From assembly GCA_017504795.1 (NCBI GenBank), contig JAFVQM010000011.1, positions 22,842 to 86,841 on the forward strand: 64,000 nt of DNA. Direction: 5' to 3'. Numbering within the stretch: the first letter of the stretch is position 1; every line of letters starts with the position of its first letter. The notes below the pieces were generated by a model, which was not told the DNA's origin, did no database searches, and saw nothing but the letters and a program-made list of their open reading frames with translations. The translations under genes and the position numbers were made by a program. The DNA is from Clostridia bacterium (GTDB lineage Bacteria > Bacillota > Clostridia > Christensenellales > Borkfalkiaceae). This document shows positions 1-8,593 of the stretch, one piece after another.

Positions 1-309
1 TTCTACCCTACACGCGTTTTCTTCGGCAACTAATTTATCCGCGCCGAGTTTTACAAAAACTTCGGTAATAACTTCGTGCCTTTCGTGAATTTCACGCGCC
101 TTATTGCTACCTTCACTTGTCAAGTTGATTTCGCCGTTTTTGGCTATCGTTATATAGCCGTTATTTTGAAGTAGATTTACCGCCCTTGAAACGCTTGGGC
201 GAGAGTAATTAAGTTCAGTAGCGATATCAATTGAACGTACTATTGAATTTTTCTTTTTAAGAAGAAGTATCGTTTCAAGATACATCTCTTGCGATTCGTG
301 ATATTTCAT
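1..309 (-). CDS. DtxR/MntR-family metal-dependent transcriptional regulator, N-terminal part (3' end beyond window edge)
   Basis: Hand translation of minus strand from ATG at 307-309: MKYHESQEMYLETILLLKKKNSIVRSIDIATELNYSRPSVSRAVNLLQNNGYITIAKNGEINLTSEG... A winged-HTH N-terminus typical of the family. Not in ORF track because there is no stop inside the window. Confidence 0.75.
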   Translation of the reverse strand, partial: MKYHESQEMYLETILLLKKKNSIVRSIDIATELNYSRPSVSRAVNLLQNNGYITIAKNGEINLTSEGSNKAREIHERHEVITEVFVKLGADKLVAEENACRVE

Positions 310-348
310 ATTTTAATTATATCACTGATTTTTTGATTTGTAAAGGGG

Positions 349-374
349 AAAAACACGCCGTAACTACGGCGTGT
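349..374 (-). terminator. intrinsic terminator after the feo operon
   Basis: Stem acacgccgta/tacggcgtgt. On the minus strand it is followed by TTTTT. Confidence 0.6.
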
Positions 375-377
375 TAA

Positions 378-521
378 CTATTTGCAATCTTTTTTGTTTT
401 TACAAGATTTAGCGTGTGGGCAACCTATACATTTACTTCCGCTTTTTTTGGCTTTTACTACGTAAAAAACCGCAAAACCTATTATTAAAACTATAATTCC
501 TATTGCAATATATTCGCCCAT
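378..521 (-). CDS. FeoB-associated Cys-rich small membrane protein (47 aa)
   Basis: Hand translation: MGEYIAIGIIVLIIGFAVFYVVKAKKSGSKCIGCPHAKSCKNKKDCK. One TM helix plus a CxxC...C...C tail, immediately 3' of feoB. Confidence 0.7.
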   Translation of the reverse strand: MGEYIAIGIIVLIIGFAVFYVVKAKKSGSKCIGCPHAKSCKNKKDCK

Positions 522-532
522 ATAAATTCCTT

Positions 533-2533
533 TTACGCATTAAGTGCGTATTCTTTTTTAAGTTCTTTATTTTTTTTCATAATTAGCAAGGTTATAACGC
601 AAGCAATTATCGCTACGATAAGCCAACCCAACCAAACCATCCACGAAGCGCCGAAGTTTGCGCCTGCAAAAAGCGTACCGAAGAAATATACTAAAAACGA
701 TACCGTAAAGCCCACTGCAAACTGTAAGCCGATACCTGCAAAAAGCCATTTTTTGCTCTTTATTTCAGAGTTCATAGCACCGATTGCTGCAAAGCAAGGG
801 GGCGTGAATAAGTTGAACATTAAGTATGCAAGCGCGGCAACCTTTGTGATGGCAAAAATTGCGGCAACTTCACTTGCACCACTTTCTAAAATAAGTTCGT
901 CAACGTTGATAAAGTTAGTAACGCCGTAGCATACTGCAAGCGTGCCTACAACGTTTTCCTTTGCGATAAATCCGGTAACCGCAGCGGCTGCAAGTTGCCA
1001 AGCAACTACGCCAACGACGGGGGCTATAACGTAGGCAAACGGGGTTGCTATATCGTGAAGAATTGATTCGTTTGCATCAACTACGTTAAACGACCAGTCA
1101 AACGTTTGCATAACGTGAACGACAAAGTTACAAATAAGTATAATCGTTCCCGCCTTAACTATGTATGCCCAACCGCGAGAAATCATTGATTTGCAAGCGG
1201 AAAGTAAACTTGGAACTTTATATTCGGGAAGTTCGATAATAAAGAAAGATTTTCTTACCTTATGCCCCGTTAAAAGGTTGATAAGGAGCGCGCAACCTAA
1301 AATGATTAAGATGCCAACGAAGTACATAATTGCGCCTACCCAAGGCGAATCACCGAAGAATACGCCTGCAAAAAGCGCGATAACTGGGAGTTTTGCACCA
1401 CAAGGCATAAACGGTGTAAGCATAGCCGTTGCCCTGCGTTCTCTTTCGTTTTTAATGGTTCTACAAGCCATAACGCCGGGGATAGAACAACCCGTGCCGA
1501 TAACGAAAGGTATAATCGATTTGCCCGATAAACCTACTTTTTTGAATATGGGGTCTAAAACTACCGACGCGCGCGCCATATACCCACAGTCTTCAAGTAA
1601 TGCTATTAAAAAGTACATTACCATAACTAGCGGTAAAAAGCCTATAACGGCAATTACGCCACCGAGTACACCGTCAACGAGTATTGACGCCCAAATTCCA
1701 AGTTCGCCCGATTCGTTTGCGAGCGCGTCTGCAACCAAGCCCTGCCCCGCTTCTAACCAACCTACGAAGGTATCTGCAATCCACGGACCTAACCACGCTT
1801 GCGAAATGCCGAAAACTAAAAACATAACTACCGCAAATATAGGAAGACCAAACCAACGATTAGTTAAAACTTCGTCGATTTTATCTTGGAAGTTACTATC
1901 TTTTGTGAATACTTTGCGCTCTTCTACTTCGCTTACTATTTTGTTTACGAACTCAAAGCGCTTTCTGTCAGCCGTTTCTACGATAGATTTATCACTTAAA
2001 TCGATTTCGCCTTGACTGTACGGCGCTTTTTGAGTTTGACCTTTAACTTTAACAACTTGGTTTATTAACTCTTTTAAGCCCTTTGAAGACGTTGAAACGG
2101 TTTCAACTACGGGGCACCCAAGTTTTTGAGATAACAACTTAACGTCAATTTCAGTTTCCTTTTTCAAATTAACGTCAACCTTGTTAAGGGCTACTACTAA
2201 GGGAATACCTAGTTCTAAAAGTTGAGTTGTGAAAAATAAACTCCTTGATAAATTAGTCGCGTCTACTATATTTATAATAGCGTCTGGGTTTTCGTTTTTT
2301 ACGTATGAACTAGTTATGCTTTCTTCAGACGTGAACGGACTCATAGAATATGCGCCGGGTAAATCTACTGCAATAAAGTCTTCACCGCTTGATATAAAAC
2401 TCTTTTTAATTTGGTGCTCTTTTTTGTCAACCGTAACACCTGCCCAGTTGCCCACCTTTTCATTTCTACCCGTCAAGGCGTTGAACATAGTGGTTTTACC
2501 GCTGTTTGGGTTGCCTGTTAGTGCAATTCTCAT
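533..2533 (-). CDS. feoB: ferrous iron transporter FeoB
   Basis: ORF 533..2575. G-domain motif GNPNSGKTT and a multi-TM C-terminal region. Start moved to the internal Met (MRIALTGNPN), which is preceded by AAGGATGG. Confidence 0.9.
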   Translation of the reverse strand: MRIALTGNPNSGKTTMFNALTGRNEKVGNWAGVTVDKKEHQIKKSFISSGEDFIAVDLPGAYSMSPFTSEESITSSYVKNENPDAIINIVDATNLSRSLFFTTQLLELGIPLVVALNKVDVNLKKETEIDVKLLSQKLGCPVVETVSTSSKGLKELINQVVKVKGQTQKAPYSQGEIDLSDKSIVETADRKRFEFVNKIVSEVEERKVFTKDSNFQDKIDEVLTNRWFGLPIFAVVMFLVFGISQAWLGPWIADTFVGWLEAGQGLVADALANESGELGIWASILVDGVLGGVIAVIGFLPLVMVMYFLIALLEDCGYMARASVVLDPIFKKVGLSGKSIIPFVIGTGCSIPGVMACRTIKNERERRATAMLTPFMPCGAKLPVIALFAGVFFGDSPWVGAIMYFVGILIILGCALLINLLTGHKVRKSFFIIELPEYKVPSLLSACKSMISRGWAYIVKAGTIILICNFVVHVMQTFDWSFNVVDANESILHDIATPFAYVIAPVVGVVAWQLAAAAVTGFIAKENVVGTLAVCYGVTNFINVDELILESGASEVAAIFAITKVAALAYLMFNLFTPPCFAAIGAMNSEIKSKKWLFAGIGLQFAVGFTVSFLVYFFGTLFAGANFGASWMVWLGWLIVAIIACVITLLIMKKNKELKKEYALNA

Positions 2534-2634
2534 TAAAATACCATCCTTATAAAACTTGTTAGCAACCGCTAACACTGTTGCAAAAAATAAACGTTAGTTT
2601 AGGCTAACTTTTATTCAAAAAAATAATCTATCGA

Positions 2635-2853
2635 TTATTCTTTTACGATAATTGCTTTTGCAAGTTGAACGTCAATATTATACCTTGCATCTTTAATCGC
2701 AACGACTAGACCGCTCTTTCGTTTAGAAATTACCGTTATAGGCTCGCCCGAATAACAACCCAAGGAAAATAAAAAAGAATTCAACTCTTCGTCATCGGTT
2801 TTAATTTCTTTAACGATGTATTCTTCGCCGATATTTGCCAAAGATAAGTCCAT
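2635..2853 (-). CDS. feoA: FeoA family iron transport protein
   Basis: ORF 2635..2883. Small SH3-like FeoA sequence upstream of feoB. The second ATG (MDLSLANIG...) has an AAGGAG RBS. Confidence 0.8.
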   Translation of the reverse strand: MDLSLANIGEEYIVKEIKTDDEELNSFLFSLGCYSGEPITVISKRKSGLVVAIKDARYNIDVQLAKAIIVKE

Positions 2854-2898
2854 TTTAGTCTCCTTAAAAAGTTTGTTAGCCATTGCTAATTCGCGATT

Positions 2899-2927
2899 AT
2901 TATATAATATTGATACGCGCTTGTCAA
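2899..2927 (-). promoter_or_regulatory. sigma-A-type promoter of feoAB (TTGACA-17-TATAAT)
   Basis: Minus strand reads tTTGACAagcgcgtatcaatattaTATAATaatcgc. Both hexamers are perfect with a 17-nt spacer. TGTCA/TGACA inverted half-sites overlap the -35. Confidence 0.6.
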
Positions 2928-2954
2928 ACGTTTTATGACAAATTTTTTGATTTT

Positions 2955-2993
2955 TTTTAAGAAAAAAACTCCCGCTTTAATCAAACGAGAGTT
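2955..2993 (-). terminator. intrinsic terminator (copy a of a duplicated 32-nt hairpin)
   Basis: Minus strand: AACTCTCG-tttgattaaag-CGGGAGTT then TTTTTTT. The stem has a G-U pair on the minus strand but a C-A mismatch on the plus strand. Confidence 0.7.
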
Positions 2994-3020
2994 AAATTTT
3001 GTATGGTTGTTTTTTAATTT

Positions 3021-3108
3021 ATAAAGCCTATTGCAACTTAATTAAGACACTAGAAACAAGCAAGACAAGGCTCGCCTAGACGAGTGGTTGCAATAGACCT
3101 TTTTGGTG
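3021..3108. repeat. modular repeat family, partial unit (no 3' terminal repeat)
   Basis: aaagcctat..ttaagacactag..caagacAAGGCTCG-[ctcg cctaga cgag hairpin]-..GACCTTTTTGGTg. Shares boxes with the units at 8693 and 24481. Confidence 0.7.
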
Positions 3109-3136
3109 TTATTATAACGAGAGTTTATTTTTATAT

Positions 3137-3209
3137 GTATTTTAAGACGCCAGTTTGGGTATTAGGCTAGGCTCACTTTGGCGATAGGCTGAGTTAGACC
3201 TTTTTGGTC
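3137..3209. repeat. modular repeat family, degenerate unit
   Basis: Starts gtATTTTAAGACGCC (same motif as the 3' end of copy 52899-53025). Contains AGGCT boxes and ends GACCTTTTTGGTC. Confidence 0.55.
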
Positions 3210-3213
3210 AATG

Positions 3214-3244
3214 AAAAAACTCCCGCTTTAATCAAACGAGAGTT
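3214..3244 (-). terminator. intrinsic terminator (copy b, 32/32 identical to 2962-2993)
   Basis: aaaaaactcccgctttaatcaaacgagagtta. The minus strand gives the stem plus T6. Confidence 0.7.
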
Positions 3245-3257
3245 AGTTTTAACCTGT

Positions 3258-3387
3258 ATTTTAAGGGCTTAGTTACAAGTTAGGCGAGGCGTTTGGGTTT
3301 TTGCGGAAGGGAGCGACCTTTTTGGTCGTAGGAATTTCGCAAAAACACAAAGAACAAAGCATAACGCCGTAAATAAGACCTTAAAAT
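3258..3387. repeat. modular repeat family, complete 130-nt copy with 19-bp terminal inverted repeats
   Basis: 5' ATTTTAAGGGCTTAGTTAC (3258-3276) versus the reverse complement of 3369-3387, ATTTTAAGGTCTTATTTAC (17/19). Internal helix 3295-3305/3338-3348 encloses hairpin cgaccTTTTTggtcg (3314-3328). Overlaps the stop codon at 3381-3383. Confidence 0.8.
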
Positions 3388-4643
3388 TTAATTTTTCGGC
3401 ACTCTATGTAATAACGCTTGTCGTACGCGTGACCTATTGAGAAGGTTTTTCTGGGGAGTGCACCGTCAAATATAACCGTTTTGAAAAGTTGAGATTTTTC
3501 CATACCGCTGAAAATAAAGCCGATAGCACCTTCTTTACTTGCAAGCGCTTTAACGGAATCTACGCCGTGGATATAGTCAACTTCGCCACCGTGTTTTTTG
3601 ATGTAACCGTCAATAAAGTCTTGCAAAGTACCAACGGTAAGTTGTTTTTCGGGGCTATTTACTACTACGGTTTGAGAAGTTTCGCCTACTATACACTCGA
3701 TAGTTTGCGCCGTTTCACTACCCTTTACGCTGTTAGCGTAGGCTTTAAGTTCTTCAATAACGTTGCTAGGCGAAACGCCAAACATAACGCGATAGATAGG
3801 CTCGAATTCGAGCGCGTCGTCGTGAAGGTTGGTAATTTCCACGAGAGCGTATCTCGACGGATGATTTTTAGCAACTTCTTCGCCTAACTTTTCTTTAATT
3901 TCAAGGTAAGAAGTTCTTGCCGTTGCAAGCGAGTGATTACCGTCACCCACCGCGAATAAGAGTTTTGACGGAGCGTTTTTACCGTATAATCTCTCGGCGT
4001 TTTCGTCGCTAATTATATCGCTAAGGGCGGAAGTAATTTTATCAAACCTGTCCTTTATAAGATAGCCTTTTACGCTACCGCCACCCTGCATCAAGGTAAA
4101 GTCGTAAATCTTTTCAAGGCTTTCTTTTTTATCGGCGATAGGCTCGATAACGGTCTTTTTATCGTCGTCAATAAGCACCATTATATGCGGTGATTCGATA
4201 GACGCGTCACGCCTAACTTTAACTCTTGGCGGAATTCTTTCAAGCACCGTGCCTTCGGTTGCACGGATAAGCGAAGTTGAACCCTTTGAAAAGTCGTAAT
4301 CTTCAAGGTCAACCATAGCGATAAGACCGCGCTTAACCCTACCGTCACGCTGTAATCTTTCGGTATATATCATAGAGTTTTTGTACGTTTTGAGAACGCT
4401 TTTTTCATACTCTAACATTTTTTGGTTTACTTTGGGGATAATGGTATCGGAACTAGATAAGTAAACTTCGGGAATAATAATTGATAAAGTAGAAGGGCTA
4501 TCCCCTACTATCTTTTTAGTTTCTTCCCAGTATTCTGGTTCGCTAGTATACTGGTCACACGCGATAACTGCCCATTTTTGCCCGTCAACAACGCTAAAAT
4601 CGGGCAACATAATATCTGCGGGGTAACAAGGTATTTTATTCAT
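3381..4643 (-). CDS. DUF1015 family protein
   Basis: ORF 3381..4673. GDGNHS motif and overall layout resemble DUF1015. Start set at MNKIP, which is preceded by AAGGAG. Confidence 0.6.
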   Translation of the reverse strand: MNKIPCYPADIMLPDFSVVDGQKWAVIACDQYTSEPEYWEETKKIVGDSPSTLSIIIPEVYLSSSDTIIPKVNQKMLEYEKSVLKTYKNSMIYTERLQRDGRVKRGLIAMVDLEDYDFSKGSTSLIRATEGTVLERIPPRVKVRRDASIESPHIMVLIDDDKKTVIEPIADKKESLEKIYDFTLMQGGGSVKGYLIKDRFDKITSALSDIISDENAERLYGKNAPSKLLFAVGDGNHSLATARTSYLEIKEKLGEEVAKNHPSRYALVEITNLHDDALEFEPIYRVMFGVSPSNVIEELKAYANSVKGSETAQTIECIVGETSQTVVVNSPEKQLTVGTLQDFIDGYIKKHGGEVDYIHGVDSVKALASKEGAIGFIFSGMEKSQLFKTVIFDGALPRKTFSIGHAYDKRYYIECRKIKF

Positions 4644-4695
4644 AGTAACTCCTTTTTTATTGCAATTACCCACTCAAAAGAGTGGGTAAAAACTA

Positions 4696-5967
4696 TTATT
4701 CTTCTTCGATTATTTCTTCAAGTTTAGTAACTTTAATTTCAACTACTTTTTTCATCGTGGTTTTAGTTACTTCAACTTTTAAGTTTTTGTAGTTAAATTT
4801 TCTACCCGTAGTAGGAAGTTCGCCAAGTTTTTCGGTTATCCAACCACTAACGGTGTTAGCGTCAAACTCTTCTTCGTCGTCGTAAAGTTCAAACTTGTCG
4901 AAAAATACGGTAAGTTCAGCCGAACAATTAACTAAATATTGATTATTTCCTAATTCTTTGATAGGCTCGGTATCTTCGTCGTACTCGTCGTAAATTTCGC
5001 CTACGAGTTCTTCGATAATATCTTCAACGGTAACGATACCCAAAGTTCCACCGTACTCGTCAAGAACTACCGCCATATGTACTTTTTTGGCTTGTAATTT
5101 TTTAAGTAGAACGGATATTTTAGTGTGTTCAACTACGAAAACTACCTTTTGCATAAGATCTTTAAGGTTGAAATCTTGCTTGAAATAGTTGCGGTAAAAA
5201 TCTTTTTCGTGAACAAAGCCTACGATAGAATCGATAGTGTCTTTATACACGGGGATACGCGAATATCTCTCACTGTCAAACACTTTTTTAACTTCTTGCT
5301 TGGTCGCGTCGGACGGAACGGCAATAACGTTGATACGTGGAACTAAAATGTCTTTTACTTCCAAATCGTCAAACTCGATTGCCGAGCGTATAAGGTCGGA
5401 CTCTTCTTCTTTAAGCGTACCGTCTTCTTGCGCTTCGTTAACGATGGTTATAAGTTCTTCATCAGTAATCGTTTCTTTGCGGTCAAGCCTAAATATTACG
5501 TTTAATAATTTTTTGAACAACCCAAGAAGATAGTTAAGCGGGAAAAATAGATAATAAAACATCATTATTATCGGGTAAAATGCAAGCGCTAACTTTTCAG
5601 GGTATGCTTTCGCTACGTTTTTAGGTGAAATTTCACCAAATAAAAGTACCACGATAGTAATTACCGCCGTAGACACGAAAGACGGGTCTAAAAAAGAACC
5701 TTCTTTCATAATTAACGTAAAGAATAACAACGTAAGCGACGACGCGGTAAGGTTTACTATGTTGTTACCTATAAGTATCGTCGACAAAAGTTGGTCGTAT
5801 CTTTCGTAGAGTGCTAAAACTTTTTTGTATCTCGTATCTTTTTGAGAGAGACTTTTAAGTTTTATGGTGTTAAGGCTTGTGTAAGCCGTTTCCGTCGCAG
5901 AGAAAAATCCAGACAGAATTACTAGAACGATAATTGCTATTAGCAGGGGTATAGAGCCGTCAGGCAT
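4696..5967 (-). CDS. hemolysin-family / CNNM (DUF21-CBS-CorC_HlyC) membrane protein
   Basis: 423 aa. N-terminal TM DUF21 region, CBS pair and a C-terminal CorC/HlyC-like domain. Confidence 0.8.
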   Translation of the reverse strand: MPDGSIPLLIAIIVLVILSGFFSATETAYTSLNTIKLKSLSQKDTRYKKVLALYERYDQLLSTILIGNNIVNLTASSLTLLFFTLIMKEGSFLDPSFVSTAVITIVVLLFGEISPKNVAKAYPEKLALAFYPIIMMFYYLFFPLNYLLGLFKKLLNVIFRLDRKETITDEELITIVNEAQEDGTLKEEESDLIRSAIEFDDLEVKDILVPRINVIAVPSDATKQEVKKVFDSERYSRIPVYKDTIDSIVGFVHEKDFYRNYFKQDFNLKDLMQKVVFVVEHTKISVLLKKLQAKKVHMAVVLDEYGGTLGIVTVEDIIEELVGEIYDEYDEDTEPIKELGNNQYLVNCSAELTVFFDKFELYDDEEEFDANTVSGWITEKLGELPTTGRKFNYKNLKVEVTKTTMKKVVEIKVTKLEEIIEEE

Positions 5968-6011
5968 TAGAAAAAATTTACTCCTTTTAATTCCGGTTAT
6001 ATTCTGAAAAA

Positions 6012-6854
6012 TCAGTATCGGAATTCAATTTTTTTATATTCAGCGTACTCGTCGTACGCCTTTTTCCTAAAATAATAATTTCCTTGTTTGATAAGCGATA
6101 AGCCTTTTTCTTGAACGTAAGAAATTATCGTGCTTTCGCTCACGCCGTTTGCAGTTAACACGGCGGTTAACTTTTCTAGGCAGTACTTTTCAAGGTCAAG
6201 TGGGTTTGCGTTAGACTTATTAACTTCTGCTTTTAAGCCGTTTATAAAGGTATTATATTCTTTATCTGAACGGAACTTTCCCTTAAAGTCCAAAGCGTAC
6301 TCGTCAAACGTTTCTTTAATTATCTTTTTCATTTGGTTAGGGTTAAAACCAAACGGGCGCTTAATGTCACTAAACTTACCTTTTTTGATGACTGCATAGT
6401 ATCCGTTTTCGTCTTTGAACAAGGCGTTATACGGGTTTGTGAAGAACGCCTTAATCTCGTCAGTTTCTTCGCCGACGTATTCGATAAGGTCGTTAGTTAA
6501 CGAAGTTAAAATCTCTAAAAGGTCACCACCGCTAGACAAAGCGGACTCAACGGTTTTAATAAAACCGCTTTCACCAGACGTTAACTTGTTAAAACAAAAA
6601 AACTTTTTGAAAATAAATAAAACGAAGTCCTTCGCCCTACCGTCTTCAAGCGGTTTTTTATCCCACTCGCTATCGAGAGTTATCTCGCTTAAATAGTTGA
6701 CGGGGGTGAGTTTAACTTCTTCGGTTAGAAAAGACGCGTCATCCGAAAAGCCGTGCTTTATCTCACGCACGGGCACGGCAAGCCTTTCGGCTTCCCTTTT
6801 TTCCTTTAATAAAATCTCTTCGATTTCTTTGTACATCTTTTCAATACAGTTCAT
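6012..6854 (-). CDS. hypothetical protein (280 aa)
   Basis: Long ORF in operon-like spacing. No domain recognised by eye. Confidence 0.5.
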   Translation of the reverse strand: MNCIEKMYKEIEEILLKEKREAERLAVPVREIKHGFSDDASFLTEEVKLTPVNYLSEITLDSEWDKKPLEDGRAKDFVLFIFKKFFCFNKLTSGESGFIKTVESALSSGGDLLEILTSLTNDLIEYVGEETDEIKAFFTNPYNALFKDENGYYAVIKKGKFSDIKRPFGFNPNQMKKIIKETFDEYALDFKGKFRSDKEYNTFINGLKAEVNKSNANPLDLEKYCLEKLTAVLTANGVSESTIISYVQEKGLSLIKQGNYYFRKKAYDEYAEYKKIEFRY

Positions 6855-6940
6855 TTTTCACCGTCACTTAGCGTGTATTATAACACACATTTAATTTTTT
6901 TTCAACGGTTTTAAGTATTATTTATATATTATTAACTAAT

Positions 6941-6977
6941 AAAAGCCCCTAAGCGCTACTCACTCGGGGCTTTTTTA
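6941..6977. terminator. bidirectional intrinsic terminator
   Basis: aaaagcccc-(16 nt)-ggggctttttt. Confidence 0.55.
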
Positions 6978-6998
6978 TATGATGTTTATTGATATTAT

Positions 6999-7511
6999 TT
7001 ACAAAGTTACGGTAAAATCTTCAACTTCAAGCCTTGATAGATGCATATTACTAGGAACTGCACTATCACTCTTATATCCTACTAAAAGTATGCCGTAAGG
7101 GATATAGTTTTTAGGGATATTAAATACTTCGTACACTTTATCGTTCGTGTAGCGACCTATCCAGCAAGTAGAAAGCCCAAGGTCGCCTGCTTTTAGCATC
7201 ATATAGGTTTGAATAATAGTTGCGTCAACTTCTAAAAAGTTTCTGCCGTTTGACTTTAATATGCAAGCCTTTTCGCTATCGCCACAAATAAGCATAGCAA
7301 CGGGTGCTCCGAAGCGGTTTGGCGTTACCAAATCAACCTTTTCAAGTGCTTCTTTGGTTTTTGCAACGTATATTTTTTGGGGTTGGCTATTCTTTGCCGT
7401 GGGCGCAAGCCTAACCGCATCTAAAATCGCTTGAATTTTTTCTTCTTCTACGGGAATATCTTTGTATTCGCGAACTGAAAATCTTTCACTTAAAACTTTG
7501 TCAAATTCCAT
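6999..7511 (-). CDS. nitroreductase family protein
   Basis: 170 aa. RFSVREY...APTAKNSQP pattern typical of the NADH/FMN nitroreductase fold. Confidence 0.75.
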   Translation of the reverse strand: MEFDKVLSERFSVREYKDIPVEEEKIQAILDAVRLAPTAKNSQPQKIYVAKTKEALEKVDLVTPNRFGAPVAMLICGDSEKACILKSNGRNFLEVDATIIQTYMMLKAGDLGLSTCWIGRYTNDKVYEVFNIPKNYIPYGILLVGYKSDSAVPSNMHLSRLEVEDFTVTL

Positions 7512-7559
7512 AACGAACTCCTTTTAGAATAGTTTATCATAAATTTAACTTATTTTCAA

Positions 7560-7784
7560 CTATTTTATTATACCAAAGGACTTTATTGCCACGGCTTTTG
7601 CGCTAACGGTTACTTCGTAACAGTCGCTTTTAGGCTCTACTTTTATAGTTACAGCACCATCTAAATTAAAGTATTCTAGTAGCGTTTTTTTTAGGTCGTA
7701 ACAAATCATTTCGGACGTGTCGCTACTTAAAAGTAGCCTGTCGTTTTTAATTATTTCTTGTAAGCGATTTTTGTTTGCTATCAT
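7560..7784 (-). CDS. minE: cell division topological specificity factor MinE (N-terminally short)
   Basis: 74 aa. NKNRLQEIIKNDR resembles the MinE AKERLQ..HDR segment. Overlaps the minD stop (ATGA). Confidence 0.7.
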   Translation of the reverse strand: MIANKNRLQEIIKNDRLLLSSDTSEMICYDLKKTLLEYFNLDGAVTIKVEPKSDCYEVTVSAKAVAIKSFGIIK

Positions 7785-8563
7785 AACCTACGCTTTAACT
7801 CCTTTCTAATACTACCCCAAAAACCCGTGTATTTTTTAAGATAATCGTACGGGCGAGAATTCTTTCCCATAATTTTTAACGTAACGCTTTTTATAGCCTT
7901 ACCGCTATCGCCTAAAAAACTGCCGAAAGTTATTGAAGATAACGCGTCGTCATCAGGGATAACGCCTAGAACTTCTACTTTTAAGGTGTTTTCAATGTCC
8001 GTTTCAGATAAACTTTTTCCGCTTAAAACTAAATCTCCGCGTATGCGGTTTACTATAACTTCTATCCCCGATAACGCATAACTTTTTAGTATAGAAATAA
8101 CCTTATCGGCATCTCGAACGCTAGTTATCGTTGGCGTTACCACGACTATTGCCCTATCCGCGCATGACACCGCGCGATGAAAGCCCAAATCAATGCCTGC
8201 TGGGCAATCTATAAATACGTAGTCAAATAGCCCTTCGATAGAATTTATCGCGCTCTTTATCCCCTGCCCGCTAATTTCGGGGGAAGTTAAAGTGTGTGCC
8301 GAAGGCAAAACGAATAAATTTTTATTAAGCGGACTTTCAACTAGCGCTTGCTTTGCTCTACATTTACCCGACACAACGTCGGATAAATCAAATACCGATT
8401 TATTTTCAACGCCGGTTAAAACGTCTAAATTATTAAGCCCAAGGTCTCCGTCTACCACGGCAACACGCTTACCGCTTTCGGCAAGTTTAAGCCCTATGTT
8501 TGCAGTTAAAGTGGTTTTACCTACTCCGCCTTTACCAGACGTTACAACGTACTTTATAGCCAT
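7781..8563 (-). CDS. minD: septum site-determining ATPase MinD
   Basis: Deviant Walker A SGKGGVGKTT. ORF track starts at TTG 8569, and ATG at 8563 was chosen. Confidence 0.9.
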   Translation of the reverse strand: MAIKYVVTSGKGGVGKTTLTANIGLKLAESGKRVAVVDGDLGLNNLDVLTGVENKSVFDLSDVVSGKCRAKQALVESPLNKNLFVLPSAHTLTSPEISGQGIKSAINSIEGLFDYVFIDCPAGIDLGFHRAVSCADRAIVVVTPTITSVRDADKVISILKSYALSGIEVIVNRIRGDLVLSGKSLSETDIENTLKVEVLGVIPDDDALSSITFGSFLGDSGKAIKSVTLKIMGKNSRPYDYLKKYTGFWGSIRKELKRRL

Positions 8564-8593
8564 AAACAAATTGTAAAATACTAGACGTGATAA

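Noticed and set aside
1161-2015. 284-aa plus-strand ORF (and other 60-150-aa ORFs, such as 3489-3887, 13292-13738, 18258-18578, 38607-38945 and 47876-48163) lying antisense inside well-supported genes
   Set aside because: Each lies fully within and antisense to a gene with strong family motifs (feoB, secA and others). Their composition is Ser/Pro/Thr- or Phe/Arg-biased, as expected for antisense frames. They have no RBS and no independent support.
2534-2575. N-terminal extensions of the track ORFs (feoB 2575, feoA 2883, DUF1015 4673, nrdR 27850, 26644-ORF 27453, patatin 37788, LysR 47798)
   Set aside because: The internal starts match family N-termini (MRIALTGNPN, MKCMYCG and others), most with good SD sequences. 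Some extensions would also overlap the upstream gene or a terminator.
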